This document shows, in pieces, positions 44,002-53,398 of a DNA stretch of 64,000 bases (position 1 is its first letter; the number at the start of each line of letters is the position of its first letter). A program made the position numbers and the translations under genes. The stretch lies in NCBI GenBank assembly GCA_965207385.1, contig CBDBLZ010000017.1:65090-129089 (forward strand), written 5' to 3'. The notes beneath the pieces were generated by a model, which saw only the letters and a list, made by a program, of their open reading frames with translations, ran no database searches and had not been told where the DNA came from. The stretch is from Rhodothermales bacterium (GTDB lineage: Bacteria > Bacteroidota > Rhodothermia > Rhodothermales > Bin80).

Positions 44002-45639
44002 CTAACGCACCACCGTCATGGTCCGCGACTGGCCAGCACGTCCAGACTCCAGCCGGTAAAGGTACCTTCCGCTCGGAAGGCCTTGCGCAAAGAAGCGCAC
44101 CTCGTGCAGCCCCGCAGGCCGCGTAGCGTCCACCAGCGTCCGCACGAGACGGCCCTGCAGGTCGAACACGCGCAGGCGGACGTGATCCGTTCGCCGCAGC
44201 GAATACTCGATGCTGGTTACGTCCGCAAACGGATTCGGGTAATTCTGGCGCAGCTCGAATTGCTCCGGCAGCTCTCTGCGCTGCGTGCGCGTCACGAGAG
44301 GATCCGCCGGATCGGCGATCACTCCCATCGACTCGAATGAGCCCCCAAGCACCGTCTCACTTGCTGAAGCGCTGAAACCAAACCAGTCTCGCAGTACGGT
44401 CGCATACACGGAGCGAAAATCTACGCCGTGCTTCAGATTGCCGGCGCCGTCTAGGTCGCTCAGCGACGGCGCGTTGCCGAACAGCCCGCCATTTGCACCG
44501 GGGCCGAAGAGAAACAGCGGTGCAGCCGTCCCGTGATCGGTCCCTAACGAGCCGTTTTCTTCCACGCGCCGTCCAAATTCCGAAAAGGTCATCACCAATA
44601 CGTCTTTTCCCAATCCGGCGGCTCTCAGATCGCGAAGAAACATCGGTACCGCTTCTGCAAGCTGCCCGAGCAGATTGGCGTGCCTTCCGTACGTGGCCCC
44701 CTGCGTGCCGTGGGTGTCGAAACCTCCGATACTCACATGGTACACCCTCGCACCCAGGTCGCCCTTGATCAGGCGCGCCACAACGGACAGCTTGTAGGCC
44801 AAGCTGTTGTAGTCCTGGGCGGAATACTCTACTTCATTACGTCCGGCTTCTGCGGCTGCATGTATGGCCTTGCCGTAGCGAAACGCATCATTCGCTACGC
44901 GCCTCACATAGGACATCTCGTGCCCGTAGGCCGTGTCCGGGATGCCGTCCTCGTCGTATATGCGCCCGGACCTGACAAGCCGCTCGAAACGAGCCGCGCT
45001 TGCAACCGACATGCCCATATTGCGGACCGATCCCTGGAAGAGCACGCCTGGAAGGCCTCCGATCTGTACGGCAAGCGGATACGGCGTAGGATCGCTGACA
45101 AAGTCCGGGTATTCCGTCTCGAGCTGCCTGCCCGTCCATCCACTCAGTTCGTGATTGTCGCCGGGCCGGCCGCTCATCCAGATGTCTGTTCCCCTGAAAT
45201 GAGACAGGCTGGAGGATGGATACCCCACCGCCTGGACGATGGCCATCCGCCCGTCGCCATAGAGTCCCGCAAGCGGGGAAAGTGCGGGATGCATCCCGAG
45301 CGTGGGCGTAAGCGGCAGGGCGACGCTCTTGGGTATGGCCAGGCGCGGACGGGCCCTGAAATAGTGGCCGTCCTCGACCGGAATGATGGTATTGAGACCG
45401 TCGTTGCCACCCTCCAGCTGGATCAGCACCAGGATCCTGTCCGAAGAGCCCCGACGCAGGTGCTCCAGCAGCGGGCTGCGTCCAAGGGCCGTAACGGCGG
45501 TGGAGCCGAGCATGACGCTAGCGCCTGCGGAAAGACCGAGGCCCATGACGAAGTCCCGCCGAGACCATCGGCGGTGCTCCGCCTCGTGCGCGCACCCGTG
45601 TTCCGGGCAACTGCCGAATCTCATGCCGCGCTTGGCCAT
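44002..45639 (-). CDS. DUF1501 family protein with an N-terminal Tat signal and a C-terminal T9SS type-A sorting domain
   Basis: ORF 44002..46071 trimmed to MAKRGMRFG (ATG at 45639, 5 nt after the DUF1800 stop). It has the twin-arginine motif WSRRDFVMGLGLSAGA and the DUF1501 core GGNDGLNTIIPVED. The tail is QNYPNPFADVTSIEYSL...VRLRVFDLQGRLVRTLVD...SGRYLYRLE. Confidence 0.8.
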   Translation of the reverse strand: MAKRGMRFGSCPEHGCAHEAEHRRWSRRDFVMGLGLSAGASVMLGSTAVTALGRSPLLEHLRRGSSDRILVLIQLEGGNDGLNTIIPVEDGHYFRARPRLAIPKSVALPLTPTLGMHPALSPLAGLYGDGRMAIVQAVGYPSSSLSHFRGTDIWMSGRPGDNHELSGWTGRQLETEYPDFVSDPTPYPLAVQIGGLPGVLFQGSVRNMGMSVASAARFERLVRSGRIYDEDGIPDTAYGHEMSYVRRVANDAFRYGKAIHAAAEAGRNEVEYSAQDYNSLAYKLSVVARLIKGDLGARVYHVSIGGFDTHGTQGATYGRHANLLGQLAEAVPMFLRDLRAAGLGKDVLVMTFSEFGRRVEENGSLGTDHGTAAPLFLFGPGANGGLFGNAPSLSDLDGAGNLKHGVDFRSVYATVLRDWFGFSASASETVLGGSFESMGVIADPADPLVTRTQRRELPEQFELRQNYPNPFADVTSIEYSLRRTDHVRLRVFDLQGRLVRTLVDATRPAGLHEVRFFAQGLPSGRYLYRLESGRAGQSRTMTVVR

Positions 45640-45644
45640 AGCAA

Positions 45645-47282
45645 TCAGGTAAGCTGGTATTCCGGAAGCTGCGTCAGGTACAGCAGGTATCGCGTCATAG
45701 CGAAGGCAATGCCCTGCCGATACAGATTCCACGAATACCAGGGGGCGCTGCCGAGAAAGATCTTGGCAAGGTCCCGCACGTGCGCGGGGCCGTTCGCAAT
45801 CTCCTCCGGAATGGGAAAGCTGTCGAGGTCGCCGGCAAATTGCTCCGGCGCATCCAGGCTGAGCTCCGACAGCGGCGCTGCAATAAAGTGCTCCGCGAGC
45901 GCAACAGGCGCGTTGAAGGCAACCAGCGGATCCTCCGCGTCCAGAAGCTCCCGGGCAAGCGGCACCAGGTTCAGCGGACGGTTCGCTACGCCGCCACGCA
46001 CCAGGAAATCCAGCTCCTTCCAGCGCTGCGGCAGCGACGAGGTAGATATCCAGGTCCGGTAACCGGGCCATCCCGCCACGTTGGGCGGATTGAGCAGCCG
46101 CTGGCCGAGAATCCTCAGACTATCCGCCACACGGTACAGCCCGGTCCGTTCCACGTCGATATGACCCAACTCTTTCATCAGACCGACAACCAGGGCTGCC
46201 GGACTCTTGATCTTGGATCCGATGACCTCCTCTGCATAGAAATGCCGGCTGGCCAGGATGGCCTGCACCACCGGAGCAATCTCGAATCCGCTGTCCAGAA
46301 AGATGTCGGCCAGCGAGGCCGCTATCTCGTCCGTGGGGGTTTCGTAGACAAACTCCCGGTAGAGCTTCCTCGCCATGAAGTCCGCGATCTGCCGGGCCCT
46401 GGCTTCGAAGATGAGATCATGCACACCCCTGTAGTCGTACCGACCGCGCTGGCCGAACAGCTCCTTTTCGCTGGCATCGCCCCTGCTGTGGCTATACCGG
46501 GCCTCGAACCTCTGGTAGTCCACCTGCCATCCCGCCAGGGCTCGTGACAGCTCGACAATGTCCTGCTGCGTGTAGTTCGAGGCTCCGCCGGCGTCCAGCT
46601 GCCCCATGGTGTAGAGCTCCAGGAGCTCCCGGGCATAGTTTTCGTTGGGTTCCTGGCGTGTGCTGAGCCGGCCATCCAGGTAGACCAGCATGGCCGGACA
46701 CACGCCGATGCGGATGACGAAGTCCTTGAAATTGCCCAGTGCGCTCGCCTGAATCAGCTCTACGTACTGGTAGGCCATGATGGCGAAGAAGTACGTCTCC
46801 CTTTCCGTAGCGAAATGGTCGTGCCAGAATAGCGCGAGCTTCTCGCGGAGCCCGCCACGGACCATTGCTTCAATCCAAGAGGCCACCATTGCCGCGAACC
46901 ACGGTCCCTGCAAATTGGCGTACTTGCGTCTCTCTTCATCTGTCCCGCCCCAGGGCGGAAAGTAACCGGCCCATGCCGGCGGCTCTATTACCGGTGCAGC
47001 CAGTGCCTCGCGGACGATGCGCGAAGCAGCCTGATCCGCGGGCATGCCAACCAGTTCCGTTACCTGCTCGTTGGCGGCGCCAAAGGCCGCTCTTCGCAGC
47101 AGATGAATGGCCTGCGCACGCGTAAGCGGTTCCACTTTCGGCTCCAGGCCATAAGCCGTCTGCAGCGCCGGCGGCGCATTGGAACGGGCATTGCCGGCGG
47201 CACGAGCGCCACGCGGCCGTCCGTACCTGACAGGTGGCTCGTAGACAGGACCGCTCATTGCTCTTCCATGCGTAGTTGGCAT
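45645..47282 (-). CDS. DUF1800 family protein
   Basis: ORF 45645..47630 trimmed to the ATG at 47282 (or 47258). LTRAQAIHLLRRAAFGA and FWHDHFAT are the family hallmarks. Confidence 0.75.
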   Translation of the reverse strand: MPTTHGRAMSGPVYEPPVRYGRPRGARAAGNARSNAPPALQTAYGLEPKVEPLTRAQAIHLLRRAAFGAANEQVTELVGMPADQAASRIVREALAAPVIEPPAWAGYFPPWGGTDEERRKYANLQGPWFAAMVASWIEAMVRGGLREKLALFWHDHFATERETYFFAIMAYQYVELIQASALGNFKDFVIRIGVCPAMLVYLDGRLSTRQEPNENYARELLELYTMGQLDAGGASNYTQQDIVELSRALAGWQVDYQRFEARYSHSRGDASEKELFGQRGRYDYRGVHDLIFEARARQIADFMARKLYREFVYETPTDEIAASLADIFLDSGFEIAPVVQAILASRHFYAEEVIGSKIKSPAALVVGLMKELGHIDVERTGLYRVADSLRILGQRLLNPPNVAGWPGYRTWISTSSLPQRWKELDFLVRGGVANRPLNLVPLARELLDAEDPLVAFNAPVALAEHFIAAPLSELSLDAPEQFAGDLDSFPIPEEIANGPAHVRDLAKIFLGSAPWYSWNLYRQGIAFAMTRYLLYLTQLPEYQLT

Positions 47283-47657
47283 CCTTGAGGATGCCGATCC
47301 GTGACGATGGTTCCGAAAGGACCTTAATCGCGCCTTAGCGGTGCCGGTGCTGTACAAGAAGCGCTGTGTACTTTCTCGAATGGCAGGGCTACCTTGCCCT
47401 GCATCGATTTTCGGCTTGTGCGCCGCTCCCACAAACCGCAAGCTTATCTGCAAGCCGGTCGCAACAGGTGGCCCCACTTCGCACGCTGATACCACCAGCT
47501 GCTTCATTCGGCCGCGATGCGGCGCTGGACCAAGCAGCGGCATTTGATGTAGTGCCGGGCTATCGCAATCGGCCGCGCACGGACACCGATTCGCCCCTCG
47601 GGGCGGCCTGCGAGGAGATAGTCCTTGCAAGCCGCTTTGGCAATTGGCATAGCTGAC

Positions 47658-49481
47658 ATGAATTCTGCGACGCTCGCCGTTCTTGCGTTTTCGCCCATCG
47701 TGGTGGTGGGCCTGTTCCTGGTCGTGCTACGCTGGCCGGCCAGCCGGGCGATGCCGCTTTCGTACGTTGCGGCGGTCGCACTCGCGGCCCTCGTCTGGCA
47801 GGTGGCGGCCCGTCAAATCGCGGCCGCCACGATTCACGGGCTGATTGTCGCCGCCACCCTGCTCTACATCATTTTCGGAGCCATTCTGCTGCTCAACACA
47901 CTCCAGGAAAGCGGCGCGCTCGCAGTCATTCGCGAGGGCCTCACGGGCATTTCGCCGGATCGGCGCATACAGGTCATCATAATAGCCTGGCTATTCGGTT
48001 CTTTCATTGAAGGATCCGCTGGCTTTGGCACGCCCGCTGCCGTCGCCGTACCTCTCATGGTTGGCCTCGGCTTCCCTGCCATGGCTGCCGTCGTCGCGGG
48101 CATGATCATCCAGAGCACGCCCGTTTCGTTCGGGGCCCTCGGAACGCCCATACTGGTGGGAGTCAACACCGGGATATCTGGAGATGCTTCCGTGGCCGCC
48201 GTCGCCGGCGCGGCCGGCCTCGGACCGGAAAGCGCAGAGTGGCTGTCCTATCTGGCCGTGATTGGCGGCAGGGTCGCCCTGCTGCATGCCGTGGCCGGCA
48301 CGCTGATACCGCTACTGGTAGTCTCCCTCATGACGCGGTTTTTCGGCCGCGACAGGTCTCTTGTCGCCGGGCTGCGCGTCTGGAAGTTCGCCCTCTTTTC
48401 GGCCTTTGCCATGACGGTTCCATACCTGGTTGTAGCGAGCGTGCTGGGCCCGGAATTCCCGTCCTTAGCGGGTGGTCTGGTGGGCATGGCCATAGTGATC
48501 CCGGCTGCCAGGGCGGGCCTTTTCATGCCGCGAAAGGACCGCGTATGGGACTTCGGGCCCCGCGCCACGTGGGAGCGAGACTGGACGGGTTCTCTGGAGG
48601 TAGCAAGCACCGACGGCCGTGACCGGCGCATGCACCTGGTAACAGCCTGGGCGCCGTACATGCTGATCGCACTGCTGCTTGTCGCGACGCGCATTCCCGC
48701 ATTCGGCCTTAAGGCGCTGCTCCAGGCGCCCCTGGCGACACTTACGCTACCGAACCTTCTGGGCACCGGTATTTCGTCGTCGATTCAGCCTCTCTACCTG
48801 CCTGGCACCATCTTCGTCGCGGTGTCAATGGCCACCTTTGCCCTGCACCGCATGCAGGCAGGGGCCTATCGGCGCGCCTGGGTCCACTCGGCAAAGACGA
48901 TGATTCCGGCATCTGTGGCTCTTGTATTCACCGTGCCGATGGTACAGGTGTTCATACAGTCCTCCGGGGGCGCGGCAGGTTTCGACGGCATGCCCATAGT
49001 GCTGGCCGAGGGCGTAGCACAGCTGGCCGGTACGGCCTACCCGCTGTTTGCGCCCGTTATTGGCGGATTCGGTGCGTTTGTAGCCGGAAGCAATACCATC
49101 AGCAACATGATGTTTTCGTTGTTCCAGTTCGGGGTCGGCACGCGTATAGGCGTAGATCCAACGTGGATGGTTGCGCTGCAGGCGGTGGGGGGCGCAGCGG
49201 GCAATATCATCTGCGTTCACAACGTCGTCGCGGCCTCGGCCGTAGCGGGACTGGTCGGCAAGGAAGGTTCCATCATACGCAAGACGCTCCCGGCGTTCTG
49301 CTATTACGCTGCGGTGTGCGGCTTCCTGGGCTACGCCATCGTCCGGGCCGCCGAGGCCGGTATCTGGAACATGGGTTTATTCGGACTGGTCACGGTGTAT
49401 GGGCTGATGGCCATGCTCGCCGTCGTGGCGCTCAGGCGCCGCAAGGCTGTTGCAGGGGCATCCTTTCCCCGGCAGTCATGA
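47658..49481 (+). CDS. L-lactate permease (LctP) family transporter
   Basis: ORF 47625..49481 trimmed to [13 protein letters not shown]. It has [22 protein letters not shown] and [18 protein letters not shown], and is polytopic. Confidence 0.75.
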   Translation: MNSATLAVLAFSPIVVVGLFLVVLRWPASRAMPLSYVAAVALAALVWQVAARQIAAATIHGLIVAATLLYIIFGAILLLNTLQESGALAVIREGLTGISPDRRIQVIIIAWLFGSFIEGSAGFGTPAAVAVPLMVGLGFPAMAAVVAGMIIQSTPVSFGALGTPILVGVNTGISGDASVAAVAGAAGLGPESAEWLSYLAVIGGRVALLHAVAGTLIPLLVVSLMTRFFGRDRSLVAGLRVWKFALFSAFAMTVPYLVVASVLGPEFPSLAGGLVGMAIVIPAARAGLFMPRKDRVWDFGPRATWERDWTGSLEVASTDGRDRRMHLVTAWAPYMLIALLLVATRIPAFGLKALLQAPLATLTLPNLLGTGISSSIQPLYLPGTIFVAVSMATFALHRMQAGAYRRAWVHSAKTMIPASVALVFTVPMVQVFIQSSGGAAGFDGMPIVLAEGVAQLAGTAYPLFAPVIGGFGAFVAGSNTISNMMFSLFQFGVGTRIGVDPTWMVALQAVGGAAGNIICVHNVVAASAVAGLVGKEGSIIRKTLPAFCYYAAVCGFLGYAIVRAAEAGIWNMGLFGLVTVYGLMAMLAVVALRRRKAVAGASFPRQS

Positions 49482-49557
49482 GGGATGTCACCAGCCGGAG
49501 CCTGGGTCTCGTCTGAGGCGCTGCCAGCGCGAAGGGACGCCATAAGCTTACCATACC

Positions 49558-50664
49558 ATGCCCAGGAAAACCCGCGCCGCTGTCCTTTTTGAAATAGGCG
49601 AGCCGATGCGCATCGAGGAGCTGGAGCTTGCCCCGCCGGGCCCTGCAGAGGTCCTGGTGCGCATGCTGGCTGCCGGCATCTGTCGCAGCGACTGGCACGT
49701 ATGTACCGGGGACACGCCGCATCCCCTGCCGGTGGCAGTCGGTCACGAGGGCGCGGGCGTGGTGGAGGCCGTGGGACGGGACATTGCGCATCTCGAGCCT
49801 GGCATGTCCGTCATCCTGAGCTGGGCTCCTGCGTGCAAGGCATGCTTTTACTGCCGGAAGGAGCGGCCCGCTTTGTGCGAGGCGTTCACGCCCACCATCT
49901 GGCAAGGTACCATGCCTGACGGAAGAACGCGTTATTCATGGCACGGAGCACCCGTTTATCACTACTGCGGTCTGGGCTGCTTCTCGGAATACACGGTAGT
50001 GCCTGCCGAGGCCTGTATCGCAGTGGCGGAGCCTTTGCCGCCGGCCATAGCTGCGCTTATCGGCTGCGCGGCGGCAACCGGCGTCGGTGCCGTCCTCAAT
50101 ACCGCGCTCGTTGAGGCCGGCTGCAGTGCAGCCGTCTTCGGTGCGGGCGGCATTGGATTGTCAGCCCTGATGGCGCTGGGACTGGCCGGGGCAAATCCTG
50201 TCATTGCCGTCGATACCGAAAAGCGGCGCCAACCGGACGCGCTGGCTCTTGGCGCCACCCATTTCCTTGCAGGAGGTGCCGGAGCTGCCGCGGCCATACG
50301 AGAGCTGACCCGTACGCGAGGCGTCGACTATGCATTCGATGCCACGGGAGAGCCCTCTGTCCAGGAGCAGTGCCTTGCTGCCGTGCGCCCCGGAGGAACG
50401 GCCGTGCTGACAGGTCTGGCACCTGTGGGAAGTACGACCAATCTGCCGGGCGCCGTCATCACGCGGCAGGAGAAGACCGTAAAGGGATCCTACTATGGAA
50501 GCTGCGTCCCGGAACGCGACTTTGCCCGCATAGCCCGCCTGTACGTAAGCGGAAAGCTTGACCTCGACAGGCTCCTCACGCGGACGTACACGCTGCAGGA
50601 AGTAAACCGCGCCTACTCGGATCTCGCAGGGGGGCTGCTCGCCCGGGGCGCAATTGTCTTTTGA
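49558..50664 (+). CDS. zinc-dependent alcohol dehydrogenase family (class III-like)
   Basis: 368-aa ORF with GICRSDWH, GHEGAGVVEAVG, a structural-Zn Cys cluster (CKACFYCRKERPALC) and GAGGIGLS. Confidence 0.8.
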   Translation: MPRKTRAAVLFEIGEPMRIEELELAPPGPAEVLVRMLAAGICRSDWHVCTGDTPHPLPVAVGHEGAGVVEAVGRDIAHLEPGMSVILSWAPACKACFYCRKERPALCEAFTPTIWQGTMPDGRTRYSWHGAPVYHYCGLGCFSEYTVVPAEACIAVAEPLPPAIAALIGCAAATGVGAVLNTALVEAGCSAAVFGAGGIGLSALMALGLAGANPVIAVDTEKRRQPDALALGATHFLAGGAGAAAAIRELTRTRGVDYAFDATGEPSVQEQCLAAVRPGGTAVLTGLAPVGSTTNLPGAVITRQEKTVKGSYYGSCVPERDFARIARLYVSGKLDLDRLLTRTYTLQEVNRAYSDLAGGLLARGAIVF

Positions 50665-50679
50665 CCGGAAGTGGCTCCG

Positions 50680-52464
50680 TCAAGCCGCCGTCCACAACTC
50701 CTGTTCCTGGTACTGCAGTTCATAGAGCCGCTTGTACAGGCCTGCCGAGGCCAGCAGATCCTCGTGCGTACCCTGCTCACGCAGCACGCCCTTGTGGAGC
50801 ACCATAATCCGGTCTGCATGCCGTATGGTCGATAGCCTGTGCGCGACGACCAGAGATGTGCGGCCCTCCATGAGCTTGTTGAGTGCCCGCTGGATGAGCT
50901 GCTCTGTCTCCGTGTCGACGCTCGATGTGGCCTCATCGAGCACCAGCACATCCGGATCAAACACCAGTGCGCGGGCAAAGGACAACAGCTGGCGCTGACC
51001 GTGCGAAAGCGATGCGCCGCGCTCCCGCACGTCGTGGGCATAGCCTCCTGGAAGTCGCTCGATAAACGGGTGCGCGCCTATAAGCTTGGAAGCCTCCCGG
51101 ATGGCAGCCGGAGTGATATCGGGATTCTCAAGCGAGATGTTCCTCTCTACCGACCCGGAAAACAGGAACACATCCTGCAATACCAGTCCGATGCGCCACC
51201 GCAGGTACTTCAGGCGATACCGCTTGATATCCATGCCATCCAGCAATATCTCGCCGCGCTGGATGTCATAGAACCTCATGAGCAGGCTGATGATGGTGGT
51301 TTTGCCGCTGCCCGTGGCGCCCACAAGGGCCACGCACTGCCCCGGCCGTATGGTGAAGGAAACATCGCGGAGCACCCAGTTAGGCTCGTCCTCGCCGGCG
51401 CCGTCGTAACTGAACCACACATTGCGGAATTCGATCAATCCGTCCAGCTTCCTTGACGGCAGGGGATTGGCCGTTTCGGGGAGTGAATGATCCCTGTCCA
51501 GGACACCAAAAATGCGCTCCGCTCCCGCCATAGCCGATTGCAGCGTGTTGAACTGGTCCGACAGGTTGCGTATGGGCTCGAAGAACTGCCGGGCGTACTG
51601 AATGAATGCAATCAGTACGCCCACCGTAAGGCTGCCGCCAAGCGCCTGCACGCCCCCGGTCCAGATGACGAGGCCGATTGCAATGGACGCCAGTATGTCC
51701 ACCGCTGGCCAGAAGAGCGCGTAGTAGAATACGGTCTTGATCTGCGCGATCCGGTGCTCATCGTTGATGGCGCGGAATCTTCGCATTTCTTCGCGCTCCC
51801 GGCCAAACAGTTGCACGATGCTCATGCCGGATACATGCTCCTGCAGGAATGCATTCATCCGGGCCACCTGACGGCGGGTCTCCCGGTACTGCCCGCGCAC
51901 CTTGATCTTGAACCACATGGTTACCCAGAGCATGAGTGGCATGATGCCGATGGTAACCAGCGCGAGCACCCAGTCCAGCGAGAACATGAATGCGGTGATG
52001 AAGATCAGCCGGAACAGGTCTCCCAGGATCACCACCACTCCGGCGGAAAGCACATCACTGAGCGCCTCCACGTCGGCGGTAGTCCGTGTAATCAGCCTGC
52101 CGATGGGCGTTCGATCGAAAAAACTGAGCGCCTGCCGCTGAATGTGGCGGTAGACCCGCACGCGCACATCATAGATAGCCTGCTGCCCGATCCACTGCGT
52201 GAGATAGGCATTGACGAAGGCGAGACTGCCCTCCAGGGCGAGCGCACCCAGCAGCACCACGATCACGGTCCTCAGGCCCAGCAGGTCACCCGGAACGATA
52301 TAGTCATCAATGGCTATCTGAACCAGCTTCGGGCGCAGTGGACCGAGAAAGGCCGTAACCAGAACCAGCACGAACGCCAGACCTACCCACCCCTTGTAGG
52401 GAATCAGGAAGGCAACAATGCGCCGCAACAGCCGCCTGTCAATGCCTTTGCCTTGCTCTGCCAT
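50680..52464 (-). CDS. ABC exporter, fused permease/ATPase half-transporter
   Basis: 594-aa ORF with a six-helix TMD, Walker A GATGSGKTT, LSHGQRQLLSFARAL and LVLDEATSSVD. Confidence 0.85.
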   Translation of the reverse strand: MAEQGKGIDRRLLRRIVAFLIPYKGWVGLAFVLVLVTAFLGPLRPKLVQIAIDDYIVPGDLLGLRTVIVVLLGALALEGSLAFVNAYLTQWIGQQAIYDVRVRVYRHIQRQALSFFDRTPIGRLITRTTADVEALSDVLSAGVVVILGDLFRLIFITAFMFSLDWVLALVTIGIMPLMLWVTMWFKIKVRGQYRETRRQVARMNAFLQEHVSGMSIVQLFGREREEMRRFRAINDEHRIAQIKTVFYYALFWPAVDILASIAIGLVIWTGGVQALGGSLTVGVLIAFIQYARQFFEPIRNLSDQFNTLQSAMAGAERIFGVLDRDHSLPETANPLPSRKLDGLIEFRNVWFSYDGAGEDEPNWVLRDVSFTIRPGQCVALVGATGSGKTTIISLLMRFYDIQRGEILLDGMDIKRYRLKYLRWRIGLVLQDVFLFSGSVERNISLENPDITPAAIREASKLIGAHPFIERLPGGYAHDVRERGASLSHGQRQLLSFARALVFDPDVLVLDEATSSVDTETEQLIQRALNKLMEGRTSLVVAHRLSTIRHADRIMVLHKGVLREQGTHEDLLASAGLYKRLYELQYQEQELWTAA

Positions 52465-52473
52465 GGGCGCTGC

Positions 52474-53394
52474 CTAAGCCGATTTGAGTGCGTAACGCTG
52501 AAGCTCCACCGCGGCCTCTACACAGGGAAACACCTCTTCCGCTTCCCCGACAAGTTCCGTCAGGTCCTTGTACCGTGCGCTGAAATGGCCCAGAAGCAGG
52601 CGCCGGGCACGCGCCTTGCATGCGATGCCAGCCGCCTCGCGAGCGGTCGAATGGCCGGTCTGGCGCGCACGCCTTCGGTGCGCATCCGCAAATGTGGCAT
52701 CGTGCAGGACAAGCGTGGCATCCGCCGCAAGGCGAACCGCTGCCCGGCACGGCTGTGTGTCCATGATATAGGCAAAGGACACTGGCACCGGAGGCGGCGA
52801 GACGACCTCCTCCGGCTGCACGAGGGAGCCGTCATCAAGCGTCACGGCTTCTCCCCGCTTGAGCTTTCTGTAGTGCTCGTGGCGGCTTATGCCCAGGCGG
52901 CGCGCATGCTCCACGTCCAGGTTGCCGGCCCGTGGTCGCTCCTGTATACGATAGCCCAGCGTGAATACGCGGTGATCAAGGGACCTGGCCATTACCGACG
53001 AACGATCATTCTCGTACACCAATCCGGATCCGAATCCTTCCGGGATCGAGACGTGGCGGATCTCGAAGCAGCGATCCGCGTGGCCCAGCCCCGCCATCGC
53101 ATCCAGACTTGCGGCCAGCGGATCCGGCGCAATTATCGAAAGCGGTGCCGTCCGGCCTGAGAGCACCATCGTGGAGAGCAGTCCGAATAGCCCGAAGTAG
53201 TGGTCACCATGAAGATGGGAAATGCAGATCGCTTCGATGCGGCCATGCCGCAACCCGGCATCCATGAGCCGGTTCTGCGTCCCCTCGCCGCAGTCAAACA
53301 GCACGATGCGACCCGCCTGAAGCACGGCGGTTGCCGAGAGGTGGCGCTCGCGTGTGGGCACGGCCGACGCCGTCCCGAGTGGGATTACGGTCAT
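52474..53394 (-). CDS. rnz: ribonuclease Z
   Basis: ORF 52474..53520 trimmed to MTVIPLGTASAVPTRERHLSA (ATG at 53394, 4 nt after the upstream stop). It has ISHLHGDHYFGL. Confidence 0.8.
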   Translation of the reverse strand: MTVIPLGTASAVPTRERHLSATAVLQAGRIVLFDCGEGTQNRLMDAGLRHGRIEAICISHLHGDHYFGLFGLLSTMVLSGRTAPLSIIAPDPLAASLDAMAGLGHADRCFEIRHVSIPEGFGSGLVYENDRSSVMARSLDHRVFTLGYRIQERPRAGNLDVEHARRLGISRHEHYRKLKRGEAVTLDDGSLVQPEEVVSPPPVPVSFAYIMDTQPCRAAVRLAADATLVLHDATFADAHRRRARQTGHSTAREAAGIACKARARRLLLGHFSARYKDLTELVGEAEEVFPCVEAAVELQRYALKSA

Positions 53395-53398
53395 GCGC

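Noticed and set aside
44680-46062. 460-aa plus-strand ORF
   Set aside because: It is antisense to the DUF1501 and DUF1800 genes.
51487-53160. 557-aa plus-strand ORF (and likewise 54113..55180, 355 aa)
   Set aside because: Both are antisense shadows of the ABC exporter and rnz genes.
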